DNA of 58,062 nt from a virus. The stretch lies in the IMG/VR virus record IMGVR_UViG_3300045988_053840; one strand, 5' to 3'. The translations under genes and the position numbers were made by a program. Of the stretch, positions 18,271 to 25,851 are shown piece after piece. Positions within the stretch are counted from its first letter, which is position 1. Every line of letters starts with the position of its first letter. A model generated the notes under the pieces. It did not search any database and was not told where the DNA came from. It saw only the letters and a program-made list of their open reading frames with translations.

Positions 18271-18579
18271 GTGGAACTATTTTCAACGGCGAGAGCCGCA
18301 CAGATACTTGATGTATCTACGATAACATTGAAGCGTTGGTATAAGTGGTATGAAGATGATAATTATAATAAGCCGAAAGGCTTAAAACTACCCGAATATA
18401 CCACAGATAATCGAGGAACAAGATTCTTCACAATGCTGGCTATACAACAGCTCGAAGATTTTAAAAACAAGCTGAAAACAGAATACCGAGGTTGTATGGC
18501 AGATTTCAATGCTGTTAATCAGTGGGGACAGCGTGGAACTAAAATCATGGAAAATAAGGAGAAGAAAGCCAATGAGTAG
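18271..18579 (+). CDS. MerR/excisionase-type HTH protein
   Basis: GTG start 8 nt after AGGAGG. ARAAQILDVSTITLKRWYKW is a typical N-terminal HTH. Confidence 0.5.
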   Translation: MELFSTARAAQILDVSTITLKRWYKWYEDDNYNKPKGLKLPEYTTDNRGTRFFTMLAIQQLEDFKNKLKTEYRGCMADFNAVNQWGQRGTKIMENKEKKANE

Positions 18580-18976
18580 AAGAGATGTTTTTGATTTAAG
18601 CAAGGCTATTGACTTATACAAGGAAAATAAAGACCTTGAGAATAAGTTGAAGAAATCTAATACTGAAGCTGGTAATGTCATTAAGAGTTATTTTCTTGAA
18701 AAAGGAATAACCAGTGCAAGCAGTGAAAAATATACTGCTACAGTTACCACAACAACTAAGTCAACTCTTAATGAGGAGCTGGCTATTGAGATTATTAAAG
18801 AGAATCTTGGTGGAGCTTTGCTCCGTTCAGTTATAAAGAAGAAAGAGTATATAGACGAGGATGCTCTGGAAAAACTTGTATACAATGGTGATTTTGATAT
18901 TACTAAGCTGGAAAAAGCCAAGATTGACACTACTACTCAGACATTGAGAATAGCAAAGAAAAAGGAGGATAAGTAA
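18572..18976 (+). CDS. Hypothetical coiled-coil protein
   Basis: ORF track 18509..18976; in-frame ATG 18572 (MSRRDVFDL...) overlaps the upstream stop. Confidence 0.45.
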   Translation: MSRRDVFDLSKAIDLYKENKDLENKLKKSNTEAGNVIKSYFLEKGITSASSEKYTATVTTTTKSTLNEELAIEIIKENLGGALLRSVIKKKEYIDEDALEKLVYNGDFDITKLEKAKIDTTTQTLRIAKKKEDK

Positions 18977-19575
18977 TGAGAGTATGTAAGTATGCAGGAG
19001 ACCCAGAAGACGAGTATTGCAAGAATTGTAACGGCTGTACAATGGAAGTTGAAGGAAAATCAATATCATGTGCAGAGTGTGCAGGATATGAAGAAGGTGA
19101 TACAGATGTTGACACAGAGACAGGAGTTGTTACAGATGAAGAACCTATGAATCCACCAGTTGAAAAGGCTGTTGAAGAAGAGCCAGTTGCTAAACCTGTT
19201 CAGAAAGCCAATACAGCGACTAAAAAGACCAAAGCAACAAATACTACACCTAAAAAAGAAAAAGCCGAGAAAATCAAAAATACACAGCCTAACGAGGGTG
19301 GTAAGGTTACAATCGAAACTCCTATAAAGGTCAGTGAAGAAAAACATAAGGAAGAAGAATCTGAATGTACTCCTGCTGGTATTCAGGTAACATCATTGAG
19401 ATATACTTCAAGTGCTACTGTGAAGAAAGGTGATAATTACTTTAAGTTCACAGCAGAAGAAGAATGGTCAACAGCCTTATATTATGGGGATATCCAGGAT
19501 GTAAGGGAACAGTTATGGGCTAAACTCAATGCAGAAGTAGATGCTCAGATTGAAGAATTAAATTCAATGAATTGA
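18976..19575 (+). CDS. Hypothetical protein: Cys-rich N-terminus, Glu/Lys/Pro/Thr low-complexity linker, C-terminal domain
   Basis: CKYAGDPEDEYCKNCNGC...CAEC motif, then a KPVQKANTATKKTKATNTTPKKEKAEK linker. Confidence 0.5.
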   Translation: MRVCKYAGDPEDEYCKNCNGCTMEVEGKSISCAECAGYEEGDTDVDTETGVVTDEEPMNPPVEKAVEEEPVAKPVQKANTATKKTKATNTTPKKEKAEKIKNTQPNEGGKVTIETPIKVSEEKHKEEESECTPAGIQVTSLRYTSSATVKKGDNYFKFTAEEEWSTALYYGDIQDVREQLWAKLNAEVDAQIEELNSMN

Positions 19576-19578
19576 GTG

Positions 19579-19607
19579 TTGTAAAATAATTGTGTGTATG
19601 TTATAAT
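19579..19607 (+). promoter_or_regulatory. Promoter with extended -10 (TTGTAA-17-TGtTATAAT) upstream of replication genes
   Basis: TTGTAA at 19579-19584, TG at 19599-19600, TATAAT at 19602-19607. Confidence 0.55.
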
Positions 19608-19760
19608 ATATTTGCGAGGTAGAATAAAACAAAAAATTTAATAATACAAGATTTATCCTTGTTATATGTGGGTGTACCTTAGTACACACAGTTATTTTAA
19701 TTTCTATCTCGCAAATATAAATTAAAATAAGGTACACCGACATATAACAAGGATTTTTTA
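19607..19760 (+). promoter_or_regulatory. Structured leader / possible origin element with two interleaved long inverted repeats
   Basis: Helix A is 19607-19624 with 19702-19719 (18 bp, one G-U). Helix B is 19655-19678 with 19731-19754 (24 bp, one mismatch), followed by TTTTTT. Confidence 0.5.
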
Positions 19761-19777
19761 ATGCTATGGAGGTTTTT

Positions 19778-20566
19778 ATGTCTGTTATAAGAGTAGAAAA
19801 AACAAAGAATTATACAGTGATAAGCAATTATCATTTTAAGGAAAAGGAAATGTCCTTGAAAGCTAAAGGGTTGCTATCCTTAATGCTTTCACTTCCTGAT
19901 AACTGGGATTACTCAATAGCTGGGTTAGTTGCAATATGCAAAGAGAATGAAACAGCTATTAAATCAGCTTTAAAAGAATTACAGCAATTCGGTTATGTTA
20001 AAGTTGATAAGATAATGCCAGATAAAACTGATTCGGGTAGGATTGAATATATCTATAACATTTATGAACAACCAAAACAAGACGATAAAAAACAAGGTGT
20101 AGAAAATCTACCCCTAGAAATTCAACATGTAGAAAATCACACACAATTAAATACTAAAGAACAAAATACTTATAAATTAAATACTAAAGATAATATTAAA
20201 AAAATTTCAAAAAAAGCTGATACTTCTAAAATCATTATAGATACTTGTTTAAAAAATGATATAGAAGATGATGCAAGTATAGAGATTATAGAACAGTTTT
20301 TGATGGATAATCGAATTAAGATTAAAGGAGCTATAGAAGCTAATATTGCTAAGATTGCAGGCAAGTCTTATAACATCATTAAAAGATGTATAGACCTTGC
20401 CTATGCAAGAAATTATAAATACATACCTGACCCGAGCTGGCTTGATAATAACAGCAATACAGTATCTAAAGGATTGAGGCTTGAAGATAGTACAACAACA
20501 GAAGCTGGACGAGAGCAGTTCAGACAGATGATACAGAATAATGACCCAAGATTACAGCATTTTTAA
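19778..20566 (+). CDS. Replisome organiser / replication initiator (DnaD-like, N-terminal winged helix)
   Basis: ORF track 19766..20566; ATG 19778 follows GGAGG. VIRVEKTKNYTVISNYHFKEKEMSLKAKGLLSLMLSLPDNWDYSI is typical of phage replication-initiator N-terminal domains. Confidence 0.6.
   Translation: MSVIRVEKTKNYTVISNYHFKEKEMSLKAKGLLSLMLSLPDNWDYSIAGLVAICKENETAIKSALKELQQFGYVKVDKIMPDKTDSGRIEYIYNIYEQPKQDDKKQGVENLPLEIQHVENHTQLNTKEQNTYKLNTKDNIKKISKKADTSKIIIDTCLKNDIEDDASIEIIEQFLMDNRIKIKGAIEANIAKIAGKSYNIIKRCIDLAYARNYKYIPDPSWLDNNSNTVSKGLRLEDSTTTEAGREQFRQMIQNNDPRLQHF
20098..20190. repeat. Two pairs of 30-bp-phased direct repeats inside the organiser gene (candidate origin iterons)
   Basis: tgtagaaaatc occurs at 20098 and 20128. 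aattaaatactaaaga occurs at 20145 and 20175. Confidence 0.45.
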
Positions 20567-20581
20567 AAAGGAGGATTATAT

Positions 20582-20941
20582 ATGCCATATACAGGAACTT
20601 ACAAGCATAAGGATGAAGAACGCTTGAAAGAAGTAATATTAAGCCTTATACCTAATGAGCCTTATAACATTGGTTCAAAGCAGTTAGCCAGTTATACAGG
20701 CTTAAAATCAAGAGATGTTCGATTATTAATACAGAAGCTAAGAGATGATGGAAATCCTATATGTGCCACACCACAGGACGGATATTGGATAGCAAGAACA
20801 AGTGATGATATGAAAGAGACTCTTGCTAAAATGAAATCACATATATCCAACTGTAAGGATACATATAATGCTCTTATTACATGTCAAAATCAGTTGAAAC
20901 AGCAGGAGGGCAATAATGAATATTCAGAACTGTTGGTATAA
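20582..20941 (+). CDS. Winged-helix DNA-binding protein (HTH_11/DeoR-like)
   Basis: GSKQLASYTGLKSRDVRLLIQKLRDDGNPICATPQDGYWIA. Confidence 0.45.
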   Translation: MPYTGTYKHKDEERLKEVILSLIPNEPYNIGSKQLASYTGLKSRDVRLLIQKLRDDGNPICATPQDGYWIARTSDDMKETLAKMKSHISNCKDTYNALITCQNQLKQQEGNNEYSELLV

Positions 20942-21581
20942 GAGAATATGTCAAGAGAAATGTTCGGAAAATTGTATCCGTTACAAAATGATATATGCGT
21001 TATTTAGACAATCACAGCTTCCTGAAGCCTTATGGGAATATAAAGACCTTGTAGCAAAGCCTGAAGGTGATGTGAATGCCTTTATACAGCTAAAAAATAT
21101 ATCTAATAAAATTGATATGTTTGTGGAACAGGGGCAGAATTTATATATCTATTCTAATAATGCAGGCAATGGAAAGACTACATGGGCTATTCGTTTGATG
21201 TATTCATACTTTGATAAAATATGGCATAAGAGCTGTTTAGATTGCAAAGCCTTGTTCGTGAGTGTACCTAAGTTTTTATATAATTGCAAAAGGTCAATAT
21301 CACAGGAAGTCAAAGGGTTTGAAGAACTTTGTAAGCTGATAAGTGAAGTAGACTTGGTTATATGGGATGATATAGGTATTGCTAAGGTAACAGACTATGA
21401 ACATCAGATATTATTTCAATACATTGATGATAGACTTAATGCAGGTAAAAGCAATATATATACAAGCAATAAGAATAGAGAACAGCTTGAAGAGCTTATA
21501 GGTGATAGATTAGCAAGCAGAGTATATAATTGCTCAACTGCAATTAAATTTATAGAAGAAGATAAGAGAGGTATGTATTAA
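20916..21581 (+). CDS. DnaC/IstB-like helicase loader ATPase
   Basis: Walker A NAGNGKTTWAIRL and Walker B LVIWDDIG. It lies directly upstream of the DnaB-like helicase gene. Confidence 0.7.
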   Translation: MNIQNCWYKRICQEKCSENCIRYKMIYALFRQSQLPEALWEYKDLVAKPEGDVNAFIQLKNISNKIDMFVEQGQNLYIYSNNAGNGKTTWAIRLMYSYFDKIWHKSCLDCKALFVSVPKFLYNCKRSISQEVKGFEELCKLISEVDLVIWDDIGIAKVTDYEHQILFQYIDDRLNAGKSNIYTSNKNREQLEELIGDRLASRVYNCSTAIKFIEEDKRGMY

Positions 21582-22849
21582 TGGTAGAATTGCAGATAAT
21601 TAATAAAGTGTTGAAAGACAAAGATACATCGCTCTTAGATATGAATGATATAACAAGAGATTATTTCAATCAGTATCAGGAAGAATATGACTACATAATG
21701 GAACATAAACAGAGATATGGAAATGTGCCAGACCTTGAAACATTTGTAGCAAAGTTCCAAGATTTTGATGTGGTCAATGTATCTGAAAGCACTGAATATC
21801 TTGTTAATACATTCCGTGAAGAATATCTGTACTCCCAGTCGGTTCCAGTTCTTACAAAGATGGCTGAACTGCTACAGACAGACGCATATTCCGCAGTTGA
21901 TTATCTTAAAAGAGAACTGCCTAACTTAAAGATATCTGGTGTGTCTAAGGGTGTTGACATTATAGCTAATGCACAGGAGAGATTAGAAGAATGGCAGAAT
22001 ACCAAGAATAGTAGTGATACACATTTCATTCCCACTGGATTTCAAGAGATTGATGAAGATTTAGGGGGTTGGCATAAAGGAGAAGAGCTTGTTGTTTTAT
22101 TTGCTAGAACAGGACAAGGTAAATCCTGGGTATTAATTAAAATGTTAGAACATGCTTGGAAAATGAATTTAACTCCAGGATTATTAGAGCCTGAAATGTC
22201 TGCAAATAAAACAGGATATAGATTTGATACATTACATCAACATATTAGCTCAACCGCTTTATATCGAGGAGAAGATATAAGAGGCTATGAAAAGTATATT
22301 GATAAGTTATCAGCAAGCAAGATTCCATTCTATGTAGCACACCCAAAAGACTTCAATAGAAAAGTGACTGTCAGTAAGTTAAAAAGCTGGGTAGAAGCTA
22401 ATCACATTGATATATTAGCTGTAGATGGTATATCTTATATGCAAGATGAACGAAAAGAGAGAGGGGATAATACAACAACACAGCTCACACATATATCGGA
22501 AGATTTAATGCAGTTAAGTATTGATTTAGAAATCCCAGTTCTTGTTGTGGTACAGTCCAATAGAGAAGGACAAATGAATGAAGATTTGGATTTAACTAAT
22601 ATTCGTGATTCTGATGGAATAGCTTATAATGCTTCTATTGTGTTATCAATACAACAAAAAGAAACAGGTTTACAAATACAGAATATTAAAGCAAGAAATA
22701 GTAGGGTAGGTATCAAATGGGTGTATATGTGGGATACAGATAAGGGAACATTTGATTATATACCACAATCAGAAAAAGGTGAAGAGGATGAAGAAAAGGC
22801 AGAGAATTTAAGAAGAAGATATCATGATAAAGAAGAGGAGGAATATTAG
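21581..22849 (+). CDS. DnaB-like replicative DNA helicase
   Basis: 422 aa. It has a RecA-like core (FARTGQGKSWVLIK, ILAVDGISYM, VVVQSNREG) and an acidic tail. Confidence 0.8.
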   Translation: MVELQIINKVLKDKDTSLLDMNDITRDYFNQYQEEYDYIMEHKQRYGNVPDLETFVAKFQDFDVVNVSESTEYLVNTFREEYLYSQSVPVLTKMAELLQTDAYSAVDYLKRELPNLKISGVSKGVDIIANAQERLEEWQNTKNSSDTHFIPTGFQEIDEDLGGWHKGEELVVLFARTGQGKSWVLIKMLEHAWKMNLTPGLLEPEMSANKTGYRFDTLHQHISSTALYRGEDIRGYEKYIDKLSASKIPFYVAHPKDFNRKVTVSKLKSWVEANHIDILAVDGISYMQDERKERGDNTTTQLTHISEDLMQLSIDLEIPVLVVVQSNREGQMNEDLDLTNIRDSDGIAYNASIVLSIQQKETGLQIQNIKARNSRVGIKWVYMWDTDKGTFDYIPQSEKGEEDEEKAENLRRRYHDKEEEEY

Positions 22850-23059
22850 ATGAAAGTATATTATATCAAAGATGAATATGGCGATTATATTTGTGCTGGT
22901 TCATTCGTATGTCAAGGAACATCTTATAAAGTGATTGGAAGTAAAGGTTATGCACGAAAATTTAAAAGCAGAAAGAGTGCAGAAAAAGAATTGGAAAAAA
23001 TGAAATTAAGGTATGAAAATATAGATGATACTTGTCATATATTTGAGGAGGAATATTAA
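22850..23059 (+). CDS. Hypothetical protein
   Basis: 69-aa ORF, tightly packed (TAGATG). Confidence 0.45.
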   Translation: MKVYYIKDEYGDYICAGSFVCQGTSYKVIGSKGYARKFKSRKSAEKELEKMKLRYENIDDTCHIFEEEY

Positions 23060-23350
23060 ATGGTATTTGTAATTGATAATTTAAAATATGATACAGATAA
23101 AATGGAATTGATTTCTGAAAAATGCGAATATACTTACAGCTGGACATTTTTATTAACAGATACAGAAATGGGAAGTTATGGAAAAGATGTTAAGTTGTGG
23201 AAAAGCAAAAAAGGAAATTGGCTATTAACATACTCTACAGGTTCTCATTCAAAAGGAGTTAAACTACTTGAAGAAGATGTTAAAAAGTTATTGCTGAAAT
23301 ATGATTTACAAAAATATGAAGAATTATTTGGAGAGCTTGAGGAGGCATAA
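23060..23350 (+). CDS. Hypothetical protein
   Basis: 96-aa ORF after GAGGAGG. Confidence 0.45.
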   Translation: MVFVIDNLKYDTDKMELISEKCEYTYSWTFLLTDTEMGSYGKDVKLWKSKKGNWLLTYSTGSHSKGVKLLEEDVKKLLLKYDLQKYEELFGELEEA

Positions 23351-23353
23351 ATC

Positions 23354-24400
23354 TTGATAAAACTACAAGATACAATCATACAATCTGATACCCAATCAGT
23401 TTTAGATATGCTCAAATTTGACCTTGCTCAACATGGAGTAGATAGATTTCATATTTTCAGAAACAATGGCGAAAACATCCAGACAAATTGTCCTTTTCAC
23501 AAAGGAGGGCAGGAGAGAAAACCTTCTTTCGGTGTAAATGGAGAGATTGATAAATGTCACTGCTTTGCTTGTGGCTGGAGCGGAACGATTGAGGAAATGA
23601 TATCCGAATTATATGGGTATCAAGATGAAGGAAAGTTTGGAAAAAGATGGCTAATAAAAAGATTCAATACAGTAGAAATTGAAACAAGACCAAATATAAT
23701 GGAGGGATTTAATGCAAGGAAAATCAATTTATCCAGAGGAATTTATAAAGGCATTGAAACAGCACCAAAAGGAAAATCCGGAGAAATGGGAAAAGCTGGA
23801 CAAGGAAATGAATATGAAAAGAATAGAGACTTGGAAGAAGGAGGTAAAACAGTTATTACAGAAGAAGAACTAGACAAATATAGATATATTCACCCTTATA
23901 TGTATCAAAGAGGATTAACAGATGAAATTATAGAAAGGTTTGATATAGGATATGACGATGAACGAGATGAACTTACTTTCCCGGTTAGAGACATTGAAGG
24001 AAGATGTGTATTTGTTGCTGGAAGAAGTGTCGAACGAAAGTTCTTCCGACTTCCCAAAGGCATCGATAAGCCTATCTATTGCTCAAATGAATTTAGAGCT
24101 GGAGCGTATAGAACGGCTTATATCACAGAATCATTCTTGAATTGTTTAACTTGCTGGAAATATGATAAGCCTGCTATGGCTATGATAGGCACCGGAAATA
24201 AAAAGCAATATGAAATATTGGATAAATTGCCAGTGCGTGAATATATTCTTGCATTTGACCCGGACGAAGCTGGAAGAAAAGCAACAGAAAGATTTAGAAA
24301 GAATGTACATGGAAAAATTATAAAAGAACTTGTATATACAGATAATCGAGATATAAATGATTTGCAGGAAGAATTTTTAAATTGCAAAATTATTTTTTAA
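23354..24400 (+). CDS. DNA primase (CHC2 zinc finger plus TOPRIM)
   Basis: TTG start 8 nt after GAGGAGG. CPFHKGGQERKPSFGVN...CHCFACGWSG zinc finger; TOPRIM-like YITESFLN...ILAFDPDEAGRKA. Confidence 0.8.
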   Translation: MIKLQDTIIQSDTQSVLDMLKFDLAQHGVDRFHIFRNNGENIQTNCPFHKGGQERKPSFGVNGEIDKCHCFACGWSGTIEEMISELYGYQDEGKFGKRWLIKRFNTVEIETRPNIMEGFNARKINLSRGIYKGIETAPKGKSGEMGKAGQGNEYEKNRDLEEGGKTVITEEELDKYRYIHPYMYQRGLTDEIIERFDIGYDDERDELTFPVRDIEGRCVFVAGRSVERKFFRLPKGIDKPIYCSNEFRAGAYRTAYITESFLNCLTCWKYDKPAMAMIGTGNKKQYEILDKLPVREYILAFDPDEAGRKATERFRKNVHGKIIKELVYTDNRDINDLQEEFLNCKIIF

Positions 24401-24406
24401 AAACTG

Positions 24407-24435
24407 TTGACAAATACTTTTTTATGTATTACAAT
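24407..24435 (+). promoter_or_regulatory. Early promoter P3 (TTGACA-17-TACAAT)
   Basis: TTGACA at 24407-24412, TACAAT at 24430-24435. Confidence 0.65.
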
Positions 24436-24484
24436 ATAATTGTAAATAAGAAATACATAAATGAAAGGTTAAAAGGTGATTGAT

Positions 24485-24670
24485 ATGAAAGAATATATGG
24501 AATATTTCAAGGAAGAAATTTTAAGAGGTTTGAGACTTTTTGGAGAGGCTAATGGTAATAGTATGTGTATTACTCAATGGACTAAAGAATATAATCTTAA
24601 TGAAAATGAGGTTAATGAACTTAGAGAATATAATAAAGCTATGTCAAGATTGCCTGAATATCAGTTTTAA
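24485..24670 (+). CDS. Hypothetical protein
   Basis: ORF track 24476..24670. Its leader aaggttaaaaggtgattgatATG is nearly identical to the leader of the gene at 34168. Confidence 0.5.
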   Translation: MKEYMEYFKEEILRGLRLFGEANGNSMCITQWTKEYNLNENEVNELREYNKAMSRLPEYQF

Positions 24671-24672
24671 TA

Positions 24673-24702
24673 ACAATGTGAAGCGATAACACATAAAACA
24701 CT
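24673..24702 (+). promoter_or_regulatory. Conserved 30-nt motif copy 1 (acaatgtgaagcgataacacataaaacact)
   Basis: 27/30 identical to 47363-47392. Both copies start 2 nt after the stop codon of the first gene behind a family promoter. Confidence 0.5.
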
Positions 24703-24707
24703 AATAT

Positions 24708-24779
24708 AGCCCTTTCGCCAAGTGGTAAGGCACGAGATTTTGCTTCTCGCATCCGTTGGTTCGAATCCAACAAGGGCTG
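24708..24779 (+). tRNA. tRNA-Gln (anticodon TTG), no encoded CCA
   Basis: Manual fold: acceptor agccctt/aagggct, D arm gcc-aagtggtaa-ggc, anticodon arm cgaga-ttTTGct-tctcg, T arm gttgg-ttcgaat-ccaac. The D loop matches bacterial tRNA-Gln. Confidence 0.8.
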
Positions 24780-24845
24780 TTTATAAGATATTAAATCTTA
24801 TAAGAAACTAAAAACACTAAAAACATTTAAGAAAGGAATTAAAAC

Positions 24846-25529
24846 ATGGGAAGAATTAACTATGATGATGTAGACAAGTATGGTGGTTCAGACAGTGAGT
24901 TTTTAAAACTTGAGAATGATGGTGACATGGTAACAGCACAGCTTCTTGTATCTGATATGGAAGATGTTGATATTTATGCTTGTCATCAGGCTGTTGTCGG
25001 TAAGTGGGATGATGGAAATGATAAGACAAGATTTGTAAATTGTCTTAGAAACTATGATGACCCTATTGATGTATGCCCTATGTGTGCCGCAGGATTAAAG
25101 ACACAGGTGGTAATGATGTTGGCTATGGTTGACCAGCAGGATGCAAAGGTTAAGATATGGAACAGAGGAAAGACTTTCATTCCTAAGATTAAGAATCTTG
25201 TAAACCGCTGGGGAGATATGCGTATGCAACCAGTAGATATTATTCGTAATGGTAAGAAAGGTGATAAGAAAACCAAGTATGATATACAGGTATCTCCAGC
25301 AAAGCCTATTGATATCAGTAATTTTGAAAAGCCAGAATTTTTAGGTGGTTATATTATGGATAAGTCAGCTGATGAAATGCAGGAATATCTTGATACAGGT
25401 TCATTTCCTGATACAGATAATACAGATACTAATCAGGAAGATAATACACAGGTAAGACGCAGAAACACTGAACCACTTCCATCAAGAAGAGGAGCAAGCA
25501 GAGCAACAAGCAGAAGGGCAGGTATGTAA
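24846..25529 (+). CDS. Single-stranded DNA-binding protein, T4 gp32-like (putative)
   Basis: Zn-finger-like C...H...CPMC, OB-like central region and a charged C-terminal tail. It sits among replication genes. Confidence 0.4.
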   Translation: MGRINYDDVDKYGGSDSEFLKLENDGDMVTAQLLVSDMEDVDIYACHQAVVGKWDDGNDKTRFVNCLRNYDDPIDVCPMCAAGLKTQVVMMLAMVDQQDAKVKIWNRGKTFIPKIKNLVNRWGDMRMQPVDIIRNGKKGDKKTKYDIQVSPAKPIDISNFEKPEFLGGYIMDKSADEMQEYLDTGSFPDTDNTDTNQEDNTQVRRRNTEPLPSRRGASRATSRRAGM

Positions 25530-25530
25530 T

Positions 25531-25842
25531 ATGAAAAAATTATTTATTAGTCAGCCAATGAGAGATAAGACAGATGAGGAAATTAAGTCAGAAAGAAATA
25601 AAATTATACAGAGAGTAAAAGAAGGATATCCAAACGAGGATATAGAAGTGATTGACTCTTTCTTTGAAAATGCACCACATGATGCAAAGCCATTGTGGTT
25701 TTTGGGTAAGTCTTTGGAATTACTTTCAACTGCCGACATCGCATACTTTGCTAATGGTTGGGAAAATTATAGAGGTTGTAAGATTGAAAATCAGTGTGCC
25801 ATTGCATACGGAATAGATGTAGTTGAAGATTATCATAAGTAG
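25531..25842 (+). CDS. DUF4406 / nucleoside 2-deoxyribosyltransferase-like protein
   Basis: KLFISQPM...ADIAYFANGWENYRGCKIENQCAIAYGIDVV matches the DUF4406 pattern as remembered. Confidence 0.5.
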   Translation: MKKLFISQPMRDKTDEEIKSERNKIIQRVKEGYPNEDIEVIDSFFENAPHDAKPLWFLGKSLELLSTADIAYFANGWENYRGCKIENQCAIAYGIDVVEDYHK

Positions 25843-25851
25843 GAGGATTAT

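Noticed and set aside
24708-24779. Idea that the phage tRNA is a suppressor signalling stop-codon reassignment.
   Set aside because: The anticodon is TTG, a sense Gln codon reader. All long genes are intact under the standard bacterial code, with no in-frame TAG or TGA interruptions.
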